Below, one piece after another: positions 11,301 through 21,226 of a DNA stretch of 64,000 bases. The notes beneath the pieces are model-generated. The model did no database searches. It was not told where the DNA came from and saw nothing but the letters and a program-made list of their open reading frames with translations. The stretch lies in the IMG/VR virus record IMGVR_UViG_3300006145_000002; one strand, given 5' to 3'. The number at the start of each line of letters is the position of its first letter. Within the stretch, counting starts at the first letter, position 1. The DNA is from an uncultured virus (IMG/VR IMGVR_UViG_3300006145_000002) (lineage: Duplodnaviria > Heunggongvirae > Uroviricota > Caudoviricetes). Both the position numbers and the translations under genes were made by a program.

Positions 11301-14300
11301 ATCATCTATTGATTCACCAAGACTATTAACTTTACTTTCAACAGTCGCAAAATCTAAAGTATCAATAAATTGCAATACACTTTGCAAATCCTGAACTTCA
11401 CCTTTAGCATTCGTTAATGTAATGCCATCAGCTTCATCCAATTTTGTAATTAATCCTTGAGCATCCTCTTTGGTAAAACTTAATTGCTCCATCAAAATAG
11501 ACAGACTTTCAGTATTCACCTTAACTTCAATACCATCATCTGTAGCCAACCCCAAGTTTGTTAAGCTGTTAGTTAAAGTATCTACATCGGAGGATGCAGA
11601 TAAAAACGTAACTCCCTCAACACCTTGTAATGTTTGCAACAGATCATAAATATCTTTATTGGTATAACCCAAAGAGATTAACTGATCCGTTAAAGCATCA
11701 ATATTAATTGCAGTTCCTTCCAATGAATCAGAAGAAAGCCCAATTTTTTCAATAGCATCAAGAACTTCCTCGACATTATAAAAATCAATATCGCCCCACA
11801 TTGATAATGCTTTTAAACATGACAATGCTGCTTCTTCTGTAATGCCTAATTTTTGAGCAATTTCGTCTATTGACGTTGCATCAATATCAAATGTAAACGA
11901 ACCATCTGTAAATTTTTCGATTGTAGCGAGAATGTTACCATCTTCATCAAGAACTTTGCCATTTTCTGCAATTTCATATAGTCTTTCTAAGAATCCTGCT
12001 CCAGCAGAATCAGCATCTTCAAAAATGCTAACATTCTTTTGCATTGCAGCATAAATCTCATTAAGACCATCTGACCAACCCCATGTCTGAAGTTGTTCTG
12101 CTCCAAATAAAAATTCAGCCGCCGCCCAAAATGCGTTGCTATTAGTAGTCCCTGCTTCAAATTGTTCATTCAAAGCCTTAAACGCCTCAGCATAAGATTT
12201 AAATTCCTCATCCTTTTCAGGAACACTCATAGCAGCATCGTAACGAGATTTGGCTTCTGTTACTTGGTCAAAGTCTCTAACCATACCTTCTAAGGCTTGG
12301 TTAAGCAACAACGCACTTTCAGTAATTAATGCAAATCCATCTTCGCCATCAGCGACAGTTTGAAGTACCTTGGCAAGAAATTCTGCGCTCATTCCATCCT
12401 GATCCAGAATAGACTTTAACGCTGAACTATCTTCTGCAAGGTCTTTAATATTTTGCCCTGTAATTCCATCAAGAGTATTTGCCATCTGAATTAAAGATGC
12501 TTTTGTATCGGCAAAGTCCTCAGAATCCCACATTCCTTTTAAAGAATCACGGATATTTTTAGCTTGAATGGCAATTTGATTGCCAGTATGCTCAAAATAG
12601 TACATAAATGCTTCGACAGAAATACCGGCTTCTTCAGCCGCCTCTTTGATAGCATCATACATTTCATTAACAGCACCAGCTTCTCCAGTAAAGTGCATGG
12701 CCTCTCCAGTATGAATTGCCGCATCACCAATATCAGCAAGCAGATTTTTAATAATCTGCCCATCCATCTCTAACCCTTCTGTATCGAGCCGCAACAAACT
12801 TTCATTTGTCCAGCCTTCTCCAGCTTTATCAATCAACCCCCAAATGTATTCATCAACAGTATGAGAATCTAAAAGCACAGGGCCATTTTCTGTTTGTAAA
12901 ATTGGCGAGAACGCAATCTCTACACCATCATATTCCGAAGATGAACCAAATACTGTAGAAATAGAACCTCGCATCTCATCAACAGTTGCGCCCCAAGATT
13001 CAATCGCATCTTTATAAGTAGCAAGGTTTTCGTCTGTCCATTCAAGAATTTGTCGATTATTGGTATCAATATTGCCATATACAGTATTAGACAGATCAAT
13101 ACCCAATAATCCTGCTTCATTAAGAACACTTTGGTAATTTGAGAATAATTCCTCATATTCTTTAAGTTTATCTTTAGAAACAATATTTTCAATATTTGCA
13201 GCTTCAATCGCTGTCTTTAATTCATCTAATCCCTCAACACGAGAATTAATAATCAGGTCATACACAAGATTAATCTGTTCATCAGAAAGAGATTCTAAAT
13301 ATTCTCTAACTGTATTAACCTCATCTATCGCAACATTCATATCGGATGCAAAATCCTGAATGCCACCAAAAATATTTTTGAAATCCATATTCTTGAAATC
13401 CAGTTTAAAATCTGGCATTTCTACAAGAGATTTTACAATCTCAGTTTTCTTTCTTGTGATTTCATCAATAACACGCTCTTGTGAGCCAAGATTATCTAAC
13501 CATTTTTTATAAGTGTCATTTTCAGAAAGAATAGAATCTACATAATTTTCAACAGAACCAACACGATCATCAAACCTTATATCACTTTCCATATTGTCAA
13601 TGATCGCTTGTCTAAATCCCTCAAATTCTTCTTGTGTTTTTGGATCAGAAATGGCACGTTGAGCCAATACTAAATCAGAAGCAATTCCCCTGTTAGCTGC
13701 TTCAATAGCGGCAATAGCTGGTTTTAACTCATCGGCATATTCGTTATATAACGATGCAAGTTCTTCTGCAACTGGATTATCAACACCAAATTTTTCGATA
13801 ACATCATTCATGGCATTTTCAAGATATTCATAATCTGCCATTAGATCATCAAATGATGCTTTTGCAGTATCGCCACCAGTTAAATACACGCTTGGCAAAA
13901 AGATAGAACCGCCTTTTGTGCCAGTATTATCAATTCCCTCATAACTAAGAGAATCTAATAATTCTAACGCATCTTTAACCGCTTTTACTTCATCTTCTTT
14001 ATTGCCAATAACACTAATATATTTTGCATTACCACCAAACCAACCTGTCTTTAAATCTTCAACAACTTGATCCTTTGCCGCATTTGCTCCTGCAACAGCA
14101 GTATTAACGTCTGTTCTAATAGATTCTCTTGCCGCCTCAATGATAGCTGTCTTATAATCGCCATATTTTGTAATCAATTCATCAATCTTATCTTCTTCCA
14201 AACTTAATGCTTCGATAAGATCATCTCTTGCAGCAGTAGCATCTTCAACAGACGCAATACCAGCATCAACAGCATCATTCAATTCTAAGTATTTAACGGC

Positions 14301-17165
14301 TAAATCTTTTACCTTCACAGCATTTTCGGCTGCTTCGTTACCAGATTCAATTAATTCTCGCCTTGCTTCTTCTTGTTTCCTTTTCCAATTAGTATACAGT
14401 GCAACAGCAATGCCAATTACGGCAACCACACCCATAATACCAGCGGTTGCAATACTGGCAGCAGAACCAGTTCCAATCAATGCACTTGCTGCATTTTTTA
14501 ACGTGGCGATAAAACCACCACCAGCTTCTTTGCCTAAAACCCATGCAGCTTTCAGATTTCCAAACATAGAAATCAACTTAGGCAATAATCCAAAGCCAGT
14601 GCTTAATGCGGACCAAAGATTCTGAACAAGTACAACTGTTTTGCTAAAATTAAGTAAAGCAATAACATCCACAAGAATTAACAAAGTATTGCCTAAACCA
14701 CCACACGCTTCAATAATGCTATCTAATAATTCAAGCAAACTTGTTCCTGCATCAATAAATGCTCCAATAGATTCACGTGGGAAAATATCTTGCATGATTC
14801 CAACAGCAGTTTCCCTAAGAGCATTAAGTTTGTATGTCAAAGACTCTGTAATGATTTCCATTTCGGCATTAGCATTACCAGCACTTTTTGACATATTATC
14901 CATTGCTTTCTCCGCAGCACTAAAATTTTGAAGAATAGCTTGACCAATACTGGCTCTCATTTTGCCAAACAGCTTTTCCATTAACTGTTGCTGCTCTTTA
15001 GCACCCAACTCATCATAAATTTCAGAAATTTCTTTCAAATACTGATAGACACTTTTGTACTCTGTTTGTGTCTCATCAGTAAACAAGGAAACGCCCATAG
15101 GACGAGAAACTGTCTTAGTTAGATCAATTACTTCGCCTGAAATATTAGCTAAATCATCTGAAAGTTGCTGAGTTTCTTCATCGTAACCTCTAATACGCAT
15201 TGCGATTGTACGCAAAGCATTACCGACTTTTGAAGCATCTTGAGAAATTTCTTGTGCCGCCGTAAACAAAGCAATGTTCTCATCTAAAGTAGAATTCATT
15301 GCCGCCATTGCAGCAGCAGAGTTTTGTAAGCCAGCAATAATTTCTTGATTGGACGTAGCAGCAGTATTACCAACAATATTTATTTTAGACATAACTCCAT
15401 CGAGAACATCTTCAACCTCAATACCATAGGCTTTAATAACACTTACCAGTCCAGTTGTAGACTGATTCATGTCAACGCCCGGAGAGATTGCCGAAAACTG
15501 AGCAGCTAATTTAGCCATCATTTCGGAACTCTTTTTATCAGAGAATCCTAATCGGCTCCAATCCGCAGCAGATTGAATAATATCCTTTGTCGTTACACCA
15601 AGTTCTTTTGCCGCCTTATTTGCTTCTGAATAAAATGCAACCAAATCTGCACCAGACATAGTAGTAGTCTTTTGTAAGTCTACAAGTGCATCATCCAATT
15701 CAATAATTGTACTGACACCTTCACGGATCGCAGATATAATTCTACGGATTACTACTACACCACTTGTCAATCCAAGTAATTGTAATCCAACATTCTTAAT
15801 AGATTGAGCAAATGTGTTTGTAGTGAGGCCAGCAGCTTTTGCCTCGGATTGAATCTTAGCAAATGCTGTACTTACCGATGTAAGTTTTGAAGCATCTGTA
15901 TTGTTCTTTAACGTGTTTTGTAGCTTTTTAAGTTCTTCTCTATATTTTTCAGCAGCTTTTGCATTTTGATTCATCCACAACTCAATCTTATTTGAGAGTG
16001 TAGCAGATTTATTTAATGTATTCTGCGCTTGGGCAGCTTCTTTTGTTGCCGTAGCCTGATCCCGTGTCGCAACTGTAACAATCAAAAGATTATTTTTAAC
16101 ACGAGCAAGAACTTCTTCATATTGCTGATAACTACTTACCAATACACTATTATCTGTACTGGTTTTCATTGTTTGCTGTAAAGAATTAAGCGTTTGAATA
16201 TCTGCTTGAATCTGCGACAGCTTTTCATGTCCAGTAGAACCAAGTTGATTAAATTGAGATGTTACACTGGTAATAGATGCTTCGATCTTATTCGTAGCCA
16301 AAGCATTCTGAACTTGCTGTAAACTTCTTGATAAATCATCAACAGTCCTCTTACTTTCTGAATTCGCAGTAGAATGTCCTTTTATTGCTTCTGTAACAAT
16401 AGTTAAATTGTTTTTTACACGAGCAAGAACCTGTTCGTATTGCTGATATGCTGATACTAAATCAGAATTATTTTGTGCGGTAGACATGGTATGTTGCAAA
16501 GAATTTAAAGTTTGTAAATCTGCTTGAATCGCCGCCAAGCGTTCATGTCCTGTACTTCCTAATGATTCAAATTTAGCGTTAAGACTTGAAATTGCAGCTT
16601 CAATTTTATTGCTTGCAATAGCATTTTGAACCTGTTCTAATTTCTTTGAAAAATCTCCAACAGCTTTTGAATTGTTTTGAAATGATTGAACAAAGGTCTT
16701 AGATGTATTAACTACCTTACCAGTCTCAGAATCATACTGGCGAATAATAGTAACAACACGCTGCAATTCATCTGTTCCAGATATTTTTAACTGAATATTA
16801 CCATTCTGAGACATGGTAGTTGTAATTTTATTGATCTGGAGGCTCATTCGTTGTAAGTCTTGCGTTACAGTAGAAATTGAACCTTTACTAAATCCTGCTC
16901 CTTGAAGCATTCGACTAAGATTACCAATACCACCATTCACAAGATCAATCACATTTAATGTACTATTGAACTCCTGATTAATCTGGTTTGTTGCATTCCT
17001 AATTTGAGCCGCAGCATTACCAAAATTAATGTTATCAATCTTTGCACTTAAAGTAATTTCCTTTTTGCTAATGCGTTTTAATACGGTATCTAAATCTTGG
17101 CTCATTTGTTGAGTAGTTTGCGCTATATCTAAACCCAATACAATCTGACCATCTACATCAGGCAT
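8322..17165 (-). CDS. tape measure protein (TP901-type core)
   Basis: About 2950 aa helical protein with IIQSAADWSRLG, GNALRTIAMRIRG, FAKGT and YHTGG motifs; start moved to ATG 17165 behind SD GAGGTG. Confidence 0.9.
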   Translation of the reverse strand: MPDVDGQIVLGLDIAQTTQQMSQDLDTVLKRISKKEITLSAKIDNINFGNAAAQIRNATNQINQEFNSTLNVIDLVNGGIGNLSRMLQGAGFSKGSISTVTQDLQRMSLQINKITTTMSQNGNIQLKISGTDELQRVVTIIRQYDSETGKVVNTSKTFVQSFQNNSKAVGDFSKKLEQVQNAIASNKIEAAISSLNAKFESLGSTGHERLAAIQADLQTLNSLQHTMSTAQNNSDLVSAYQQYEQVLARVKNNLTIVTEAIKGHSTANSESKRTVDDLSRSLQQVQNALATNKIEASITSVTSQFNQLGSTGHEKLSQIQADIQTLNSLQQTMKTSTDNSVLVSSYQQYEEVLARVKNNLLIVTVATRDQATATKEAAQAQNTLNKSATLSNKIELWMNQNAKAAEKYREELKKLQNTLKNNTDASKLTSVSTAFAKIQSEAKAAGLTTNTFAQSIKNVGLQLLGLTSGVVVIRRIISAIREGVSTIIELDDALVDLQKTTTMSGADLVAFYSEANKAAKELGVTTKDIIQSAADWSRLGFSDKKSSEMMAKLAAQFSAISPGVDMNQSTTGLVSVIKAYGIEVEDVLDGVMSKINIVGNTAATSNQEIIAGLQNSAAAMAAMNSTLDENIALFTAAQEISQDASKVGNALRTIAMRIRGYDEETQQLSDDLANISGEVIDLTKTVSRPMGVSLFTDETQTEYKSVYQYLKEISEIYDELGAKEQQQLMEKLFGKMRASIGQAILQNFSAAEKAMDNMSKSAGNANAEMEIITESLTYKLNALRETAVGIMQDIFPRESIGAFIDAGTSLLELLDSIIEACGGLGNTLLILVDVIALLNFSKTVVLVQNLWSALSTGFGLLPKLISMFGNLKAAWVLGKEAGGGFIATLKNAASALIGTGSAASIATAGIMGVVAVIGIAVALYTNWKRKQEEARRELIESGNEAAENAVKVKDLAVKYLELNDAVDAGIASVEDATAARDDLIEALSLEEDKIDELITKYGDYKTAIIEAARESIRTDVNTAVAGANAAKDQVVEDLKTGWFGGNAKYISVIGNKEDEVKAVKDALELLDSLSYEGIDNTGTKGGSIFLPSVYLTGGDTAKASFDDLMADYEYLENAMNDVIEKFGVDNPVAEELASLYNEYADELKPAIAAIEAANRGIASDLVLAQRAISDPKTQEEFEGFRQAIIDNMESDIRFDDRVGSVENYVDSILSENDTYKKWLDNLGSQERVIDEITRKKTEIVKSLVEMPDFKLDFKNMDFKNIFGGIQDFASDMNVAIDEVNTVREYLESLSDEQINLVYDLIINSRVEGLDELKTAIEAANIENIVSKDKLKEYEELFSNYQSVLNEAGLLGIDLSNTVYGNIDTNNRQILEWTDENLATYKDAIESWGATVDEMRGSISTVFGSSSEYDGVEIAFSPILQTENGPVLLDSHTVDEYIWGLIDKAGEGWTNESLLRLDTEGLEMDGQIIKNLLADIGDAAIHTGEAMHFTGEAGAVNEMYDAIKEAAEEAGISVEAFMYYFEHTGNQIAIQAKNIRDSLKGMWDSEDFADTKASLIQMANTLDGITGQNIKDLAEDSSALKSILDQDGMSAEFLAKVLQTVADGEDGFALITESALLLNQALEGMVRDFDQVTEAKSRYDAAMSVPEKDEEFKSYAEAFKALNEQFEAGTTNSNAFWAAAEFLFGAEQLQTWGWSDGLNEIYAAMQKNVSIFEDADSAGAGFLERLYEIAENGKVLDEDGNILATIEKFTDGSFTFDIDATSIDEIAQKLGITEEAALSCLKALSMWGDIDFYNVEEVLDAIEKIGLSSDSLEGTAINIDALTDQLISLGYTNKDIYDLLQTLQGVEGVTFLSASSDVDTLTNSLTNLGLATDDGIEVKVNTESLSILMEQLSFTKEDAQGLITKLDEADGITLTNAKGEVQDLQSVLQFIDTLDFATVESKVNSLGESIDDVDASSTDNAQSQLEAIGTSAETAESKVHDLQTTINGLTGKTVTVSVDVKRKNSLLSMLGFAKGTKNAPDGAALTGEEGAELIKSGDQAYLAGTNGPEIVHLNQGDTVYTAEETKDILKSGKYLSGSIPAYSGGYNGGASGTIKPKGGTYKSVFSGNNSSTTTKELKDAVKETENLEDALEDTLKKMKEVMDDLIGDYEHTIFIMEHKGVNSNEIIKIYKAMQDAVHQQAEEYRALGLDENSDYIQELQKQWWEYQDSIQDLIIETYEKSVKEHENAITLNENWLDKAITNKDFSGITRYTSDIISHYKAMQDEIHQQAEYYRSLGYSDTSDEVSKLSDLWWDYYDKIAETSANAWQQVVDNVNDAVDEITGLYDTLKDAAQEYADSGFITIDTLQEICSWGVQYLAYLKDENGQLVINEESLQKVIAARTEQMAVETALSYVQQIRSAIERNEITELMNLTLATEQTTTATWDLVYAQLRLLNVSGDLNDTMYAGALQNINNLRALSGIAISSIGKVEGSVKEANESAKKALKEQGDYLDDLLKYVMEMIKQEVKNQIEALENQVDKMKDIVDLQKKSLELEREKDNYTKNVAEKTKELAKLQQQLALLELDDSRESAAKQAKLKEEIADLSNDLADDQADHAYDATSDMLDDMFDAYEKEKKKEIEVLENSISSEEKLYQLAIERIQTQWDTLYQQLLDWNYEYGTVTNNEITAAWDAACIAVEKYGSYLNAVLQTQQQLAALEASSSSSSSSTIIGGGLTGTSTTPNVIGNSGNYDTSGGQETENVHNIIKKMYANSRAWGNASESERKRLDAENLQLGQSLARYGINAYRDNGTWYTSDGSLLYEKYKKYTYHTGGIVGDDPTLEQDELFAKLKKGEAVFTKEQQKPIYQALDFAETMLGKYGKVINSISDTDLMGSRMQEQIKQDAQQTQTVVENSGMSNEFNLTFPMQVLQKLDDAEIKSLTKKISNYTIKELDSVFTMRGKRSLRY

Positions 17166-17184
17166 TTCATTCACCTCCATTACA

Positions 17185-17224
17185 AAAAATTGTCGCCTCC
17201 TTCTTAAAGAAAGAGGCGATTTTA
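17185..17224. terminator. intrinsic terminator-like hairpin
   Basis: A-tract, TCGCCTC...GAGGCGA stem, T-tract. Confidence 0.55.
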
Positions 17225-17689
17225 TTCTTCCCAATAATATATATCAGGTCTTTTTATCAATTTAATCTTTACTGGCAATTTGGTTTTGCTATTAAAATCA
17301 GTGATTCCATGTTCAACAAAATGTTCTGCTTTGCGATAAACCCATCGCTCTTTATGAGCAAACCCATTAAAGTGCCAATCTTTTTGCACAACAAATCCAT
17401 CATTAATGAGCCAAAACACATTTGCGTACTTGTGGTTTGATTCATTAAAAATTGACGGACGCTTTGAATTCTGAATTTTCAGCGTAATTGTCAAAGTGTT
17501 TCCATCGACTTGAATATCTGCTAAATCAGAAGTTGAAATGCAATTCCCCATTGTTTCACGGTTAATTTGTTCTTGAATACAATCTCTTAATAAATTAGCT
17601 GCATTCACCAACTCTTGTGATAATGTTAATCCAGATGGAGCTTTTACTTTAGTAATATCAAGATTTTTTATAATCTTGTCTAATGACAT
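17222..17689 (-). CDS. tail-module hypothetical protein (possible tail completion)
   Basis: 155 aa directly upstream of the tape measure gene. Confidence 0.5.
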   Translation of the reverse strand: MSLDKIIKNLDITKVKAPSGLTLSQELVNAANLLRDCIQEQINRETMGNCISTSDLADIQVDGNTLTITLKIQNSKRPSIFNESNHKYANVFWLINDGFVVQKDWHFNGFAHKERWVYRKAEHFVEHGITDFNSKTKLPVKIKLIKRPDIYYWEE

Positions 17690-17691
17690 GA

Positions 17692-18336
17692 TTATTTCCT
17701 ATCTAAGAGCGGAATTACATTATCACCTGTTTCGCCTTCAGAAACGCCCATTGCATTTGCAAGCTGTGTTAATGTTTCCATTAAATTTGTATTTGTTGTT
17801 GCATTTGCAACAACATCAAGCAATGGCCTTAAAATTGCCAAAGAGTTAGATGCTTTTCTTGCATTAATATCCTTAACATAGGCCAACTTATCCGCTACCA
17901 TCTGACGCAACTCAGCAATCAAAGCCTGATACTTTACATCTGTAGCATTTTTCACAAGATTGATTGCTTTACAAAGTTCATATGTCTTTTCAATATTAAT
18001 GATCGTAGTCTTTTCGCCAGTTTCATTACCAGCTTCATCTACGATAGGAATTACATCTTCAATGGGCGGTACATTAGTTGTCATCTGGAGCAATGTAATC
18101 ATAAACAGCGGATCGAGATACTGTGGCATAAAATCACCTTCAACATCAAAACAAGGAATTACAACACGATCCACAAACATACCCTTTTCAGGAATTGTTA
18201 AAGACGTTTTGAGAACAATTTCCATAATGACTTTACTATCATCCTGTGGATCAGTCATTTTTAATACTGTATCAGTAGAATTACGCTTATAAACATCCAT
18301 CAGCGCATTAATAGACTTCTTTGTAATTTTTCCCAT
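17692..18336 (-). CDS. putative tail assembly chaperone
   Basis: 214 aa, position between tail tube and tape measure genes; SD AAGGAG. Confidence 0.5.
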   Translation of the reverse strand: MGKITKKSINALMDVYKRNSTDTVLKMTDPQDDSKVIMEIVLKTSLTIPEKGMFVDRVVIPCFDVEGDFMPQYLDPLFMITLLQMTTNVPPIEDVIPIVDEAGNETGEKTTIINIEKTYELCKAINLVKNATDVKYQALIAELRQMVADKLAYVKDINARKASNSLAILRPLLDVVANATTNTNLMETLTQLANAMGVSEGETGDNVIPLLDRK

Positions 18337-18337
18337 A

Positions 18338-18907
18338 TCAATTCTCCTTTAATTTCGATTTAAATTTGCAACAAGTAAAATTCTGAATTTCGTTCTGAAT
18401 CTTTCCATCTTTTGCTCTTTGCAAAATACTACAATTTCGTTTGTATCTATTACAACCGATGCAATTAGATTCAAATTTTTCTAATTGAGATATATCCTTA
18501 AATATACCTATGTAGTCAACTGGTGTAATTTGTATTTCTACTCTTGGGTTTTCTGTGTCATAATAAATACCATTTACACGTTCACAAACAACATTATCAT
18601 CAACCCAAATCTTTCCACTATCTGTAATAGCATCGAGCATACATTTAAAATAGTTATTGCAATCCATATCAACCCGTGGGAAATAGAAAATACAATCTAC
18701 ATAAAAGTGTTGTGTTTTATTCGGAGTTAAATTCCATCCTTGTTCTTTTACTTGTTTGGCAACATACCTTGCAAACCTCGCTTGATACCGTGTAGCTTCT
18801 GGTGTTTTATAACTCATAGCTAATGGTTTACCATTTCGCATAATTGCACGATATGCTAAATAATGATTTACAGATGGTGGAATTTCCGATACCAAATTTA
18901 AAGTCAT
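18338..18907 (-). CDS. rusA: RusA-family Holliday junction resolvase
   Basis: IPPSVNHY...DCNNYFKCMLDAIT...WVDDNVV motifs; start moved to ATG 18907 after SD GGAGG. Confidence 0.8.
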   Translation of the reverse strand: MTLNLVSEIPPSVNHYLAYRAIMRNGKPLAMSYKTPEATRYQARFARYVAKQVKEQGWNLTPNKTQHFYVDCIFYFPRVDMDCNNYFKCMLDAITDSGKIWVDDNVVCERVNGIYYDTENPRVEIQITPVDYIGIFKDISQLEKFESNCIGCNRYKRNCSILQRAKDGKIQNEIQNFTCCKFKSKLKEN

Positions 18908-18926
18908 CTTATTCCTCCATAAGATT

Positions 18927-18958
18927 AAAAATGGGAGGACATAAGCCCTCCCACTTTT
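18927..18958. terminator. intrinsic terminator
   Basis: AAAAA-TGGGAGG...CCTCCCA-CTTTT. Confidence 0.6.
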
Positions 18959-18960
18959 CA

Positions 18961-19233
18961 TTAATCTGTTTTCTTTTTAGGTCTACCACGAGTACGCTTC
19001 TGCTCTGGATTACCGACATTCACTTTCTTGTCATCCGTAGACACTGTTGTGTCCGGGGCATCAGAGGGCTTTTGTCGTGCAGCCTGAACACGGCGCAAAT
19101 ATTCAGCACCACATTCAGGGCCGCAAGCAATTTCACGATAATTGAATGCACCAAGCGCACCACTTGTTTTATTACAAGGGGTAAACATCTTTCCGCATAC
19201 ACGACATGGAATGGAACGTGTCGCCATATTCAA
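18961..19233 (-). CDS. small Cys-rich (Zn-binding) protein
   Basis: CRVCGK...C...CGPECG with basic RGRPKK tail. Confidence 0.6.
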   Translation of the reverse strand: MNMATRSIPCRVCGKMFTPCNKTSGALGAFNYREIACGPECGAEYLRRVQAARQKPSDAPDTTVSTDDKKVNVGNPEQKRTRGRPKKKTD

Positions 19234-19242
19234 TCACCTCAA

Positions 19243-19622
19243 TTAAGCAAAAGTGGCATTCTTAAAGTTCAATGTGACAACTTCCTTACCATCAACATCA
19301 ATAGTGAAAGTGGTATTCTTATCAGAAACACGGAAAAGAATATCAGGATCAAAAGCCATATTCTCTTTTCCTGCTTTCGCTACGCCGTTAGTTTTCAAAG
19401 TCATCTTAGTACCTGTCTGTGTAAGATGCAGCGGGAAATAATGTCCAGACTGTTCATTTACATCAGAAGAATTGAATTCAGTAAATCCACTTACATTTTT
19501 AAGTGTACCTGTTACAGTACCGTCAGCATACACCTTTACATCTGTTCCAATTAAATCAGAAACCGACTTGCCCAATAGAGTCTGACCTTGGGCGGGAATG
19601 GTTAGGCGGTCAGACCCAATTA
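19243..19622 (-). CDS. C-terminal extension of the major tail protein, probably made by -1 frameshift
   Basis: Frame is open back to CCC-TTA overlapping the tail tube stop; no SD before the TTG at 19575. Confidence 0.7.
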
Positions 19623-20453
19623 AGGGTTTTCAACCGCCCCAGCATCCTCGGCATCAGCAGCATCCGCACCAAAGACTGTCAAATCCCAAAACTTAGTGCC
19701 ACCAGTGGTACAGGCAGAAGCCAAACTGGTTGCCTCAAAACCATGAGTGGTCTGACTATCGCCCATTGCCAGATCGAACGCACCAGTAAAGTCAGCATAA
19801 GGAATGTAGAACTGAACATGATAAATGTTGTGGCACTTATCTTCAGCCAGCGCATCTACATACATCTCGACAGTCTCAGAATAGTTATCAGAAATGTTGC
19901 TGATAACATCACCCTCAACATTACGAGTGTAATACACAACAATAGCAGTACCGTCAGCAATCTCGCCCTCGGCAAAAGTCAGTTCCTTAGTAGCAGGATC
20001 ATAAGCAAACTTGCCATCAGCAGCAGTAGCATCCTGAGTCAACCGCTTATTGATAGTGCCATCAGAGTTCTTCACGATAACTTCCTGAATCTCGTTACCA
20101 GCAGTACCGACAGCCTTATAATTTGTAGTGGCCTTATTGGTATTAACAACCAGATAATCAGGAATCTTTACAGGGGTAGAATCCCGATGCTCACCGACAG
20201 AACCAACCTCAACCTCGACCAGACCCATAGAAACCATGCCGTTAGTACCAGACACAGTAACAGACTTATTCCGCTTCAACTGTCCAATAGTACGACCACC
20301 CTTACCAGTCAGAGCGGTATTGTCCTGACTATTGGCAATAGTAGCGTTCTGCAACTCATCCAAAGTAAACCGATGTGCGCCGCCATTGATACCAAATGCC
20401 ATGATAGTCTCAAGACTTGTGATAGACAGATCATTAACAACAACGTTAGACAT
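19620..20453 (-). CDS. major tail (tube) protein
   Basis: 277 aa, highly-expressed codon bias, SD AAGGAGG, position after head-tail genes. Confidence 0.75.
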   Translation of the reverse strand: MSNVVVNDLSITSLETIMAFGINGGAHRFTLDELQNATIANSQDNTALTGKGGRTIGQLKRNKSVTVSGTNGMVSMGLVEVEVGSVGEHRDSTPVKIPDYLVVNTNKATTNYKAVGTAGNEIQEVIVKNSDGTINKRLTQDATAADGKFAYDPATKELTFAEGEIADGTAIVVYYTRNVEGDVISNISDNYSETVEMYVDALAEDKCHNIYHVQFYIPYADFTGAFDLAMGDSQTTHGFEATSLASACTTGGTKFWDLTVFGADAADAEDAGAVENP

Positions 20454-20497
20454 ATTGAATCCTCCTTTATTATTTCAAAATAAATCACCAGAACTTT

Positions 20498-21226
20498 TCA
20501 TTCTGGTGACAGCCAATTAATCTTCTCAAGATTAATTTTTGTAGTATCGACAGTTCCAAAATAGACACCGTTCATTGTTTGTTCCCAATGTTTCTTTTTC
20601 TGAATCTGTCGCCAACTCGCATTTAGCTTATATACACTAAGTTCCATAACAGTTTCATAGTTGTATGGAAATTCCTCCGTATTAACAAGAGAAATAATCA
20701 TACTTTCCAAAAATGACTTGTAAGGTTTCTTAGCGAGTCGTTTTTTCTTTTTGCGATTACGTTCAATTAAGTATCTTTTAGCCTCTGCATTACCAGCACG
20801 ACCAATGGGAGCCTCCCAAAAATGAATCTTGCGAATCGCATTACAAATTTCCAAAGCAATCATTTGGTCGATTACAATATCATTATCTTTGCTCCAAAGA
20901 ACCTTTTCACCATTTTGAGGATTAACAGCTTCTTGAAAGCCCTTTAAATTCAAATCTCCAAATAATATAGATGTATCATCTTCGTTTACTGCAATGGACT
21001 CCATCATCAAAATGAACAACTGGTAATCTGTAATTGTTTCATAGTCAATCCCAATATCATCAAGTTCGACCATTAAATCAAATGGCGTGGCTACAAGAGT
21101 TTGAACAATGCTATAATACTTCTGATCGCCAAAATCAAAAATCTCATCTACGGTTGGAACATGAACCGAAATTTTATCATTTACCTTGTAATTTCTAACT
21201 TTAAGTAAATTTGGTTTCTGGATCAT
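20498..21226 (-). CDS. conserved morphogenesis-module protein
   Basis: 242 aa, HVPTVDEI and NWLS motifs; position. Confidence 0.55.
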   Translation of the reverse strand: MIQKPNLLKVRNYKVNDKISVHVPTVDEIFDFGDQKYYSIVQTLVATPFDLMVELDDIGIDYETITDYQLFILMMESIAVNEDDTSILFGDLNLKGFQEAVNPQNGEKVLWSKDNDIVIDQMIALEICNAIRKIHFWEAPIGRAGNAEAKRYLIERNRKKKKRLAKKPYKSFLESMIISLVNTEEFPYNYETVMELSVYKLNASWRQIQKKKHWEQTMNGVYFGTVDTTKINLEKINWLSPE

